DNA of 64,000 bases, taken from assembly GCA_964604875.1 (NCBI GenBank), contig CAZSAC010000002.1:2813-66812 (forward strand), written 5' to 3'. The notes below the pieces were generated by a model. That model was not told the DNA's origin, did no database searches, and saw only the letters and a program-made list of their open reading frames with translations. The position numbers and the translations under genes were made by a program. This document shows, one piece after another, positions 40,173 to 50,400 of this stretch. The DNA comes from an uncultured Bacteroidaceae bacterium. Lineage in GTDB: Bacteria; Bacillota; Clostridia; Christensenellales; CAG-917. The stretch's first letter is position 1, and each line of letters begins with the position of its first letter.

Positions 40173-40736
40173 TTACTCACTAATTGACGATACCAATGCA
40201 AATTTCTTCACGGATTCTGCGCTGCTCTCGGCTTGGGATTTAGTGGCGTACGTTTCTCCAACATAAATGGAATTTCTGTTTTTAAAGATATACTTATATC
40301 TTTTATTTTTATCCATATCGACACGCAGGGACGTGGTTTCGTCGGCAATATGCTTTTTAAAAGTCTCAATACCGTCTAAGCAGGATTTTTTAGACGCGTA
40401 TTCCTTGCTTTCATACAAAAGCTGACCGTTGTTTGCGTATAGATAAAACATATAGAGAGAACCATACGCTTTCTCAATTTTATACTTTCCGACAACGCCT
40501 TTTGAAGCCTTTGCGTTTGCGGCCTCAACAGAATCTTCACTTACAACTGTTTTCGCTTTTGTTTCCTTAACAGGCTTAGCGGGAGACGCTACCTTTTGCG
40601 CCTTAACAGCTTTTTCGGCAGGAGCAGGCTTTGCAGCCTTTTCAGTCACTGCTTTTTTTGGTTCAGTTTTGGTTTTATCTGTTTTTGCTACAGGAAGCTT
40701 GGACGGCGCTTTATTTTCTTTTGTGTTTGCTGCCAT
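40173..40736 (-). CDS. YegP/DUF1508-domain protein with a Lys/Ala/Pro-rich N-terminal region
   Basis: 187 aa. The C-terminal half (FYLYANNGQLLYESKEYASKKSCLDGIETFKK...YKYIFKNRNSIYVGETYATKSQAESSAESVKKF) matches the duplicated YegP/UPF0339 motif (NG..l..Se.Y.sk......I.svk). The N-terminal roughly 80 aa is a K/A/P-rich low-complexity region. Confidence 0.7.
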   Translation of the reverse strand: MAANTKENKAPSKLPVAKTDKTKTEPKKAVTEKAAKPAPAEKAVKAQKVASPAKPVKETKAKTVVSEDSVEAANAKASKGVVGKYKIEKAYGSLYMFYLYANNGQLLYESKEYASKKSCLDGIETFKKHIADETTSLRVDMDKNKRYKYIFKNRNSIYVGETYATKSQAESSAESVKKFALVSSISE

Positions 40737-40752
40737 AATTTTTACCCCTTAA

Positions 40753-41742
40753 TTATTCAATAACGATATTGGAAATTAAAGCAAATCTCTTAACGGATTC
40801 TGCGCTATTTTCTGCAGCCTTAGCGGTACGATAGCTTTCACCGATATAGATTGAATTGCCCTTTTTAAAAATATATTTATATCCGCCGTTTTTATCAACG
40901 TCGATACGATATTCTCCACTAACGATATTCTTTTTAAAGGTATCTATGCCTGCCTTGCAGCTATTAAGTGTTGCGTAGGCGCGGCTTTCGTACAATAATT
41001 GTCCGTTGTTTGCATATAAGGAATATTGAAAATAGTCGTTCGTGGAGGAAATGATATACTTTCCAACAACCTTTGGCTTATCGTCTTCAGCTTCCGCGAC
41101 GACAGTTTCTGCCACGATAGGTTGTTCAACAACTTGCGGTTTTGCAACAGCCTTCTTCTTAGGCGCAGGCTTAGCTTTTTCTGTTTTAGGAGCTTCCTCA
41201 ACAGGAGCGACAACCTCTTCTGCTTTTTTGGACGGCACGTTAATCTTGGCAGCCGCCCAACCATCATCACTAGATGCGGTTGTGTTTTTTATAACCTTTG
41301 TTTTTGTAGCTGTCTTGCGGGGCTTCTCCTCAATAGGCGCAACAATCGGTTCATCCTCAATTTGGTCGATTAAATCTAAGCTGTCAAAAGTCGGAGCTTC
41401 AGCAACAGGTTGTTCATAGGAAAAGCCCTCGTCAATCGGAGCAAATGCGGCAGGAATAACCGTAGGCTCATCTACTATGGGTTGCTCATAAACAGGGGCA
41501 GTACATACTTCTGCCTCAACAACAGGAGAAGGCGTAACAACCTCGGCAACAGGAGTTTCGACGATTTCTTCAGCAGGCGTGTCGGTAATTTTCTTTTTCT
41601 TTTTTGATTTTGAAACACAACTGCAAATAACAATAATTGCAATAAGCAATACTACTGCGCCAATTGCCCCGTAAAATAAAGGGGTGTTGCCCATAAATTC
41701 GTCCAATGTCTTTGGAAACTCGAAAGCTAAACTAAACAACAT
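40753..41742 (-). CDS. Membrane-anchored YegP/DUF1508-domain protein
   Basis: 329 aa. One N-terminal TM segment followed by KSKKKKK, then a long P/E/V/A-rich linker and a K-rich stretch. The C-terminal domain is a close paralogue of the adjacent gene (YSLYANNGQLLYESRAYATLNSCKAGIDTFKK...YKYIFKKGNSIYIGESY). Confidence 0.65.
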   Translation of the reverse strand: MLFSLAFEFPKTLDEFMGNTPLFYGAIGAVVLLIAIIVICSCVSKSKKKKKITDTPAEEIVETPVAEVVTPSPVVEAEVCTAPVYEQPIVDEPTVIPAAFAPIDEGFSYEQPVAEAPTFDSLDLIDQIEDEPIVAPIEEKPRKTATKTKVIKNTTASSDDGWAAAKINVPSKKAEEVVAPVEEAPKTEKAKPAPKKKAVAKPQVVEQPIVAETVVAEAEDDKPKVVGKYIISSTNDYFQYSLYANNGQLLYESRAYATLNSCKAGIDTFKKNIVSGEYRIDVDKNGGYKYIFKKGNSIYIGESYRTAKAAENSAESVKRFALISNIVIE

Positions 41743-41812
41743 AATATATACCTCAAAATAGTTTTTCCTGAAAAAAGCGTGCGCATATGCGCATTTACCT
41801 AGAACTATTTAT

Positions 41813-41841
41813 ATTATATCATATCTTTTGTATGTTATCAA
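41813..41841 (-). promoter_or_regulatory. Sigma-A-type promoter of the DUF1508 genes
   Basis: Minus strand: TTGATA (41841-41836), 17-nt spacer, TATAAT (41818-41813). Confidence 0.5.
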
Positions 41842-41986
41842 GAAATTGGCAACTCCAAAAACAAAAAATTGCTGGAAAATTACATCTATTTACAAAATCA
41901 ATCTCAAATAAAACCTTTCATTTACTTGCCAAACTGCCAGAAAAAATGATAGTATAGTTAAGAATAAATAACAAAAGAGGTGTTTT

Positions 41987-42613
41987 ATGGACAATGTGAC
42001 AATTTTTAACCATCCATTGATTACTCATAAAATTGCTATAATGCGTGACGTGCGCACAGGCAGCAAGGAGTTTAGAGAGTTAGTTGAAGAAGTAGCTATG
42101 CTTATGGCATATGAAGCTCTTAGGGATATTAACACAAAAGAAATTGAGGTTCAAACGCCAATTGCGCTTACTAAAACCCGTGTTATTGCAAAAGACTTAG
42201 CAATTGTACCAATATTAAGGGCAGGCTTAGGAATGGTAAGCGGTATTCAAGCTTTAATTCCAACAGCAAAAGTTGGACACATCGGTTTATATCGTGACCA
42301 CGAAACTCTTGAGCCACACGAATACTATTGCAAGCTCCCCTCGGACATCGCCGAGCGTGAAGTTATTATAATCGACCCGATGCTTGCAACCGGTGGCAGC
42401 GCAGAGGCTGCAATAGGATTTATAAAACAAAGAGGTTGCAAATCTATTAAGCTTATGTCTATTTTGGGCGTACAAGAAGGTATTGACCGCGTACACCGTT
42501 CTCACCCGGACGTCCACATCTACGTTGGATGCAAGGATGAAAAACTAAACGAAATCGGCTATATCGTTCCCGGATTAGGCGACGCCGGTGATAGAATTTT
42601 CGGCACAAAATAA
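41987..42613 (+). CDS. upp: Uracil phosphoribosyltransferase
   Basis: 208 aa. The PRPP-binding loop [13 protein letters not shown] and [12 protein letters not shown] are canonical. Confidence 0.93.
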   Translation: MDNVTIFNHPLITHKIAIMRDVRTGSKEFRELVEEVAMLMAYEALRDINTKEIEVQTPIALTKTRVIAKDLAIVPILRAGLGMVSGIQALIPTAKVGHIGLYRDHETLEPHEYYCKLPSDIAEREVIIIDPMLATGGSAEAAIGFIKQRGCKSIKLMSILGVQEGIDRVHRSHPDVHIYVGCKDEKLNEIGYIVPGLGDAGDRIFGTK

Positions 42614-42629
42614 ACCACATTTTAAAAAA

Positions 42630-42661
42630 CAAAAACGCTACCAAATTTGGTAGCGTTTTTA
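42630..42661. terminator. Bidirectional terminator between upp and the uracil permease
   Basis: 9-bp stem acgctacca/tggtagcgt with an aatt loop, flanked by A5 and T5. Confidence 0.75.
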
Positions 42662-42673
42662 ATATCAACAACT

Positions 42674-44155
42674 TTATTTTGTTTCTTCTTTTTCTGCTTT
42701 TTGTTCAGCCATCTCGCCTTCGTAATCAATTACGTTTCCAACTAAAGACGACCTGGCGTTTTGATAAATTTCTTGCGCTTCTTCACTAGATTCTTTGCTG
42801 TTGGGAACAATCAAGTTTAAAACAATGGCTATCAAGGTACATATTGCCAATGAGCTAACCTGAACAAAACCTCCGTCAACCGAGAAACCAATCTTGATGG
42901 CATTACCGTTTATTGTATATTGTGACATTGTGCTTACGATGTCGCCTGCCAAGCCTACCGCGCCTAATCCAAGGCCAACCGAAAGGGTAACTGATACGAC
43001 TATCATATTTTTGCTGTTTGAGAAATCAACTCTGCCGTCAACTAAAGCGCGCAAGCCGTTAGCAGAAATCATACCAAACAAAACTATACAAGCGCCGCCG
43101 ACAACCGATGCAGGGATAGCTTTAAGCAATTCTCCAAAAGGAGTGAAGATACCTAAAACAACCGCAATCACTGCCGCTAAGAAAACGTTGCGGGGATTAT
43201 AGTTTTTTGTGATTGCAAGAACTGCGGTATTTTCGCCATATGTTGTGTTCGCAGGTCCGCCCAATAAGCCTGACGCCATAGTAGCGATACCATCGCCAAG
43301 CACAGTTCTATGCAAGCCGGGGTCTGTCATAAAATCCTGGCCGCAAACTGTGCTATTTGCCGAAATATCGCCAATATGCTCCATAAAGGTTACAACCGCG
43401 ATAGGAACCAAACAAACAATAGCCGTGGACAATAATGTGCCGTCTAGTTCGCCCCAAGCGCCCCAGAAACCCCAAACCTCTTTAGCTTGTTGGAAGATAA
43501 CAATTTTGCCCGAAAACATTGTGCTAAAGTCAACTAAACCGACAATCGCGCCATATATGTAACCAACTACAAATCCAATTAAAATCGGAATAACCTTTAA
43601 GAAGCTCTTTGGTTTCGCATAAGAGTTAATTGCAATAATGGTTACAGCGGTAATAATCGCCGTTGACCATTCCTTCCAAGAAACAGAACCGTATGAAACA
43701 TATTGGGCAATAATATCATTCCAAAAGATACTGCCGGCTAAGTTCATACCGATAACAATAATAACAGGGCCAACAACAATTGGCGGAAAGAGTTTTTTGA
43801 TTTTCTGCACGCCGACTACTTTAATAATTGCAGAAAAAATAACGTAAACTAAGCCAGCTAAAACCAAGGCAATCATTGCCGCCAAGCCTTTCGCATTTGT
43901 GTATGAACCACCAAAAATGGCAATTAAACCGGGCATAAACGCAAAGCTAGACCCCAAAAATACAGGCACTTTCTTTTGTGTGAGGAAATAGAAAATAATG
44001 GTGCCGACACCAGCAGAAATTAAAGCAAGCGGAATGCTCATTCCTGTAACGATAGGCACAGTAACAGTTGCGCCCAGCATAGCAAACATATGTTGGAAAC
44101 TTAATACAACGTCTTTCCCTTTAATGCCTGCAAATTCGTTTTTCAACTTAGACAT
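42674..44155 (-). CDS. NCS2-family nucleobase permease, most likely a uracil permease (UraA/PyrP-like)
   Basis: 493 aa, multi-pass. SFQHMFAMLGATVTVP resembles the UraA/PyrP QH(L/M)FAMFGATV motif. Convergent with upp. Acidic C-terminal extension. Confidence 0.75.
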   Translation of the reverse strand: MSKLKNEFAGIKGKDVVLSFQHMFAMLGATVTVPIVTGMSIPLALISAGVGTIIFYFLTQKKVPVFLGSSFAFMPGLIAIFGGSYTNAKGLAAMIALVLAGLVYVIFSAIIKVVGVQKIKKLFPPIVVGPVIIVIGMNLAGSIFWNDIIAQYVSYGSVSWKEWSTAIITAVTIIAINSYAKPKSFLKVIPILIGFVVGYIYGAIVGLVDFSTMFSGKIVIFQQAKEVWGFWGAWGELDGTLLSTAIVCLVPIAVVTFMEHIGDISANSTVCGQDFMTDPGLHRTVLGDGIATMASGLLGGPANTTYGENTAVLAITKNYNPRNVFLAAVIAVVLGIFTPFGELLKAIPASVVGGACIVLFGMISANGLRALVDGRVDFSNSKNMIVVSVTLSVGLGLGAVGLAGDIVSTMSQYTINGNAIKIGFSVDGGFVQVSSLAICTLIAIVLNLIVPNSKESSEEAQEIYQNARSSLVGNVIDYEGEMAEQKAEKEETK

Positions 44156-44192
44156 AAACTCTCTCCTTTATATAAAAATAAATTATTTTTCT

Positions 44193-44224
44193 AATAAAAA
44201 GGGATACCGCAAATACGGCATCCC
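44193..44224 (-). terminator. Leader terminator/attenuator hairpin upstream of the uracil permease
   Basis: Minus-strand RNA GGGAUGCCG-UAUUUG-CGGUAUCCC forms 9 bp including one G-U pair (a mismatch on the plus strand). It is followed by UUUUUAUU and lies 38 nt before the permease ATG. Confidence 0.6.
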
Positions 44225-44234
44225 TAAAACACTT

Positions 44235-44324
44235 TTAAAAATCAAATAAGCTCACATTGTGAGCGATTTTTTTTATTGCGCATACTGGCGCATAAACTGC
44301 TGACATCATTGCACAAACTTTCAT
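44235..44324 (-). CDS. Candidate 29-aa leader peptide ORF (MKVCAMMSAVYAPVCAIKKIAHNVSLFDF)
   Basis: Hand translation. AAAGAGG lies 4 nt upstream of the ATG at 44324. The stop TAA (44237-44235) lies 10 nt upstream of the leader terminator stem. The ORF reads through an A8 run and the hairpin gctcac/gtgagc (44250-44264). Too short for the ORF track. Confidence 0.3.
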   Translation of the reverse strand: MKVCAMMSAVYAPVCAIKKIAHNVSLFDF

Positions 44325-44381
44325 AAAACCTCTTTCGTAAAAAACCTTTGCCCTAAAATTCCACAATAACTAATTTTATAT

Positions 44382-44410
44382 ATAATATCATATCGATTTT
44401 AAATTGTAAA
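44382..44410 (-). promoter_or_regulatory. Candidate promoter of the uracil permease leader
   Basis: Minus strand: TTTACA (44410-44405), 17-nt spacer, TATTAT (44387-44382). This implies a leader of about 220 nt. Confidence 0.4.
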
Positions 44411-44442
44411 ACATTTTGCATTAAAAAACCCAAAATGTTGCA

Positions 44443-44479
44443 TAAAAAAAATACCGCACCACTAAATGTAGTGCGGTAT
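44443..44479 (-). terminator. Intrinsic terminator after the 2463-aa surface protein gene
   Basis: 9-bp stem ataccgcac/gtgcggtat (44451-44459 and 44471-44479), followed by T8 on the minus strand. Confidence 0.75.
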
Positions 44480-44492
44480 TAACTTATGTTAT

Positions 44493-47400
44493 TTACTCGT
44501 CGGAATCCGAATCGTCCTGCGGTTGGTCATAATCGTTGTAGGTGGCGCCTTGAGAAATATCATTGCTTCCACCACTATATGAAGATGAGGAATCTGAATA
44601 ATTTGTATTGTAAGTTTCTGTAGCTCTTGCCAAATAACGTTGGAATTTCTTTTTGTTTCTTCCCGAAACAAGCACAAATATCAAGGTAATTATAAACAAA
44701 ACACCAATTACGCCGCCGATAATAAGCATTAGCAGCGAGGAATCATCAATACTGAAAGCGGCAGTTTCAACTATTGCGAAATAACCCAATTTTTCGGTTT
44801 CGAACGATAGTTCACCCGTTGATGAGTTATATGTTGTTTCCAAAACAACCAAATTTGTTGCACCTGTTTCTGCGTTAATAACATCAATGCGGACTAGTTT
44901 TTGATTTTTGCCTAATTTTGCGTTTGTCTTATAGCTAACCTTAAGCTTAGATTCAATCTCAACCAACTCTCTCTCGCCTGAGTTAAAGCTCTTTATAAGT
45001 TCAGTTTGATAGAGTTTGGATACTGCATAATTCCCTCTCAAAACGCCTGCATTATTTTGCAATGCAACATTGAATGCTTTTGCTTCGGCGCTATTTGCCG
45101 CAAACTGAATATTGTTTAGCATTAATATATAGTTTAAGCTATCCAACGGCAATGAACCTGTCACAACCTCGACTGATGCGCCGGAATTTACGTCATCGCC
45201 GACAACTTCGATATTTTTGTTTGCAATGACTAAATCTCCGCTTAACTCGCCCGACAAATAATATCTATTAGCCTTATTCGCGTCATCGTTAAATTTTATG
45301 CTAAAAGGATAGCTTCCCGGGTCGGTCGGGGCTTCAGAAGAAAAGTATCTTACGCCTTCGTCGTCAACATATCCATATAAGATTGTAAGGGATTCCATCA
45401 ACTCCGCAAACTCCTCTGGAGCAGCGAAAGTAATCGCTTGATATACGTATGCCTCGGTTACGGGGTCGGTATACCACTCTCCGTCTTTAGAGAAACAGTT
45501 TTCATAGATGTATGATTTCGGGCTGGTGATGGAAATCTTTACTTCTGCTGCGGCGATACGGATTGACCTAGGCTTAGAAGGATTACAAATTATGTTATCC
45601 GATTCCGCCGAGCGTTTGAGTTTAGCGCGAACATAATATACGCCAACTTCTTTCGGCATAGATTTTAAGACTGTGCTGAAAGTCGATGAAGTGGAATATT
45701 CAAGCTCAACATTAGACACGCTTATCAAATCGGAAGAAATTGTTAAAACACCTTTATCCGTCAAATTATAGTACGGATGCGTATTTCCATCGTACGGAAC
45801 CGACATATCCTTGTTTGCAAGGGTTAGTGTAACAGTGGCGGGTGTAATAAACAAATCAGCCCTATCTGTATAAGTTGCATATTCCGAGCTTTCAATTGTC
45901 ACTACAACACGATAGTGCCCGATATTTTTTACGCCTTGACCTGTTTGTGTGGACGTAAACGTAGTGACGATATGACCGCCTATTTCATCGTTTGCATTAA
46001 AGCTATCGTAAATTGTATACGTAATAACCGCATCGGACGGCAAAGCCTTTGTTGTGGATATAACAATGGTTTTATTTGTTTTGTCATATACCGCTGAGAC
46101 ATTATTAAACTCAACGCCATCCAATACGCTCTTATTAACCTTAAAGCCATTTGCGCGAATAACAATCAAGCCGTTTCCGTCTTCAGGCATTGAATATTCT
46201 CCGCCTTTTACAGTGACATTATAGTTGGCAAGCGGCGCGCCAAAAGTAATTTTAATATCATAAACTCCGGGTTGCAAAGTGCTTGCAGTGGGGAAACCGG
46301 ATACTAATACGCCGTCTTTATATAAAGCGTAAGTGGGTTTAGATAAAGCATTGTTTCCAACTAAAGAATTAACCGTATCGCCATTTTCCAATCCTTCAAA
46401 CGCCAACCCGTAAACGGTGCCTCTTGTGCTTTGGAAAATGATTGCCTGCTCCGGCAGAGTGACGGTAATATCTTTTTTAACGACGTTAACCAAAAGCGAA
46501 GTTATCGCTGAAGGAGCAAATGAATAATTCCTATGGTTAATAGATTCAATGCCGATGACATATCCCGTTCCAACATTTGTTGAAGCATCGATATCTGCGC
46601 TATAAGAATATTTAATCGTAGGGTTAAAGCCTTCCTTATCTGCTTCTAAGATACCAAATTGAACGACAGGAGCATTGGCGCCACGTTTTACTAAAACGCC
46701 ACTTTCATTTTTATAATAGTTTCCATAAATAATTTCTATTGCGCCGGTAGATGCGTTTACATTGGTATCATTTAAACCTGTCACGGAAATTGTTGCAGCC
46801 TTTTGGGTTATTTGCGCGCCCAAGATACCAGCGTCGGCATCTTTTTTATAAACCACCTTCCAAGGTACCGAATAATTATTGCTGACGTCCACGCCCGCGG
46901 AATTGTAAATAGGTAAATCCAAAACAAAAGTGCCTTCGCCCGATAAATAAACCTCTTCATCTAAGTTTTTATTATCAAAACAAGCATTAGGAATGCCGTT
47001 TGCATTAACGCCGGAAGGAATAGCATATCTCCTGCGGGTGTCTCCCTCTGTATAAGGTACAAACTTTCCAAGAACAAATACAACGTCAACCGTACCAATT
47101 TCCCCTGAAGGTAATTGATTTACGTTTTTGTCAACGAAATAGATGTAAGGAATATTAACTTTATCGCCTTTTCCCGTAATTAATACAGAGCCCGTTCCTT
47201 CAGAAGGGACAATGCCAATATAAGCGCCTGTCAAACCGCCTATGGTGATTGTGGGATTTAAGCTAAGACCTTCTGCCAAAACAGCGTTCGTGCCGTCATA
47301 AACCTTACTGTCAATCGATGCGGTAACACTTAGCGCATTTCTTTCTATCTCAGCTGTTGCAGAAGCGTATATCGAGCCGGAAGCCGTAATCACGTTATTG

Positions 47401-50400
47401 TCGTAATCCAGCAGTTTATAGTTGGCAATCGCATTATCCTTTGAAGAATACGCGTATGTGATTTTAACTTTGTGCCAACCAATCTGAGTTGATGGAACAA
47501 AATTTTCGCCAACAAGGTCGCCATAGGTTGCGTCTGATATATTAAATTTAATTTCGTCAGTCGCAATAGCGCCGTTAATAACAGCATTAATATCGTTTAA
47601 ATTGGTAACCGAGCTGTTTCCATCAAGATACTCACGGCTTGGCGCAATAAGCTTTGTAATCTTTAAATTCTTAAATGTGATTAAAGCGCCGTTATCTCCC
47701 TCGAGAACTTGGTAGTTTGATTTAACAAAATAGTTATTAGCCTGAGCGCCTCCTAAGGTGCTGAGCTCAACCATAACTGCTTTTTTATCCGCCGAAGCGG
47801 CGCTGTCTTTTTTCCAAGTGGACGTTGCGGAGTCATACCGAACGAAGAATGCCGAGCCTTCCATATTGATGGAAACTTCATCGCCCGCAACTATGCCCTT
47901 GTTTGCATCCTTTCCAATAAGCTGAACAGAACTCTCCGCTGACATGGTCGCCAAAGGCGTTCCGTCGTACTCTTTATCTAGCGGAGTCAAAATTTCGGTA
48001 TTGACAACAAGTTCTCTTCGAACAATCTTCGCCTTTGTAACTGCCGAAACCGTGGCGCTGATTTCAACAAAATTCCCCTCTTCGTTACGGTATACTATAG
48101 CATAGTTATCTGCGCTATATCCATCGCCTGTGAACGCAATATTGGTGATTTTAACGTCTTTTAGTTGTTCAATATTATTTTCTAACACAACGTTCTTATC
48201 TAAAAAGGCAAACGTACCTGTCCAAATGAAGTTTTTCCATTTCTCTTCAAAAACGAATGTGTCGCAAGCAAACGTTGCATTGTTGCCATATGTAGGGGCA
48301 ACAGTAAGCGCGGTTGTACCGTCATATTCTTTGGAAGGAGCATTAACATTAGTCCACTCAGCGCCTGTTTTTTGCGCCATAATAACTAATTTGGCTTTCT
48401 CAATCGTTTTCGTACCTAAAGTAGCTCCTGTATCGGCAACGTCATAGTTTACGTCAAACCCTAAGCCCGTTGCTTGCTTTGTTATTAAGGAGATTACGAC
48501 ATTTTCTTGTCCTGCGCCCTCCAATACGATATATTGTGTGCCCGAAACAGGGGTTAAAGCTATCGGAACGTTTGCGGCAGCGTTAATGTTTTCAAATTGT
48601 GATAGCAAGGAAAGTTTGAAGTTTGCAATTCTCAAATTTGAAACCGCCGAGTTTGCCTTCAATGTAACTGTTGATGCAGTTGAGGATACCCAACGCAATT
48701 TTGTTTGTTGGATTGTAACGCTCGACAACGAGTTAAGTTTTGTATTGCCGATATATATTACATCGCCTTCTTTGTAATTGATTGTAACGGTATCATTTGC
48801 TTTTAAGGTCACAAATTGTTCCTTAAGTAAATCTGACGCATTCGCAGTCAACGCATTGAAGTTTGCAACCACGGTATTTACAAGCGCCTTTTTGGTTTTT
48901 ACAGTAACACCATTGGCGTCGGCGGAAACCCATTGGAAATATTCATTTTCCGTCAAACCAGCGCTTGATAAAACTGTTTCAGCTCCATTCACATAGATAA
49001 CTGAATCCGCCGCAAAACTGAGAACAACGTTTTTATTTTCAGCAGAATTGATAACTTGTCTTTTTAAGCCTGCGGTATTATCGTTGTATAAAACATAAGA
49101 AATATCATTTGCCGTGGAGTTTGTGTTATTATAAACTCTTTCGTTATCGTTGATGGTAAACTCTATCAAAAGTTTAGGAGCATTAACCCAAATATCCGTA
49201 GCGCTCCAAGCTGAGTAAGCGTTTGTTTTGTCTTTGGAACGAATATATACCGTCTTTTTGGTATTAAATCTAGCATAGCTTTCGCCGTCTTCATAGAAAT
49301 AGAAGTCTCCTATCGCTGCGCCTGCCGCAACATTGTAAGCAGCAGTTCTAATAGTTCCGCTTTCTCCGACTTTATATTCAACTAAGGCAATTTCAGAACT
49401 GTCCGCGCCGTCGATTTCAAACAAAATATTTGTTAATGGCAAAATCCCTAGATAAGGATTGGCTTCCGTGTATCTATCCAGATATACCGAATAAACCTCG
49501 CCGGGTTGTCTGCTTTCAAAGTTTATTGCAACAGTATCTTTACTGCCGAAAATAATGCTTCCCGAGAGAGTGCGAATTCTAAATTGATAGGTTTTACTGA
49601 TACTGTTTGCCAAAGTGTCGTCAAACGTAAATGAGTGCGTCGTTGCGTTATAGCCGTCTTGACCGTCAACCATTGCCTGCCAAACTCCGCCAAGCTCACG
49701 ATATTCATATACTACACCGCTATACGCATTAAACTGGCGCATTTTTACTATAATCGGGTTACGCACCGTTGCGCCGTTGTAGTTTACACCGTTAGTTATA
49801 ACAGATTGTACCGCATTATATATGGAATTAACATTAGAGCTATCCACCTTGAATTTACAGCTTTGAACAGGAGCAATATTGCCGGATGCGTCTTTTGACG
49901 TCAATTTTATTGTGTAAAAACCACTTTGTAAAGAGGTTAGTGTGCACAGTTTTCCGTTAAGGCTTGGAACAACGGTGTTATTGGAAAGCGTAATCTCAGC
50001 GCCTTCAATATCGGCGGCATCACTTTTAAAAAGTTGATAGCTGTAATTTACGTTTTGCATTGAATCAGCTTCAGCGATTGTTGCCTTAAAGCTAACAGAA
50101 GTACCCGTAAACCAACCGGTTTCCGAGTTATAATTCGATGAATAATCCATTGCGATGCTTGCGGCTGCAGGAGCTGTCCTATCAATACCGCCAAGCATTA
50201 CAGAGGTAATAGAGCCCGAACTTTCGCCATTTAAATCCGCCGCTTGAATTGAGTATAATTTGGGGAGCATATCCCTAAATTCTGTTTCTGTAAAGGTGCC
50301 GATTAAGGTTGCACCGTTGACATCGTGGCTGAACGTGTTGGCAGATTTGGAGATACTAAACGTTTCAGTTTTGGTTATTTCAAAAATCTTTTCTCCGCTT

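Noticed and set aside
40944-41419. Alternative-frame and antisense ORFs across the low-complexity linker of the membrane DUF1508 gene.
   Set aside because: These are artefacts of repetitive K/P/E/A codons that stay open in several frames. Only the 40753-41742 frame links a TM helix to the conserved C-terminal domain.
44300-44340. Possible PyrR binding box (partial match GAAAGAGGUU to the CCAGAGAGGYU core) in the uracil permease leader.
   Set aside because: Only about 8/11 positions match, with no flanking stem. The purine-rich element is better explained as the Shine-Dalgarno sequence of the 29-aa leader ORF.
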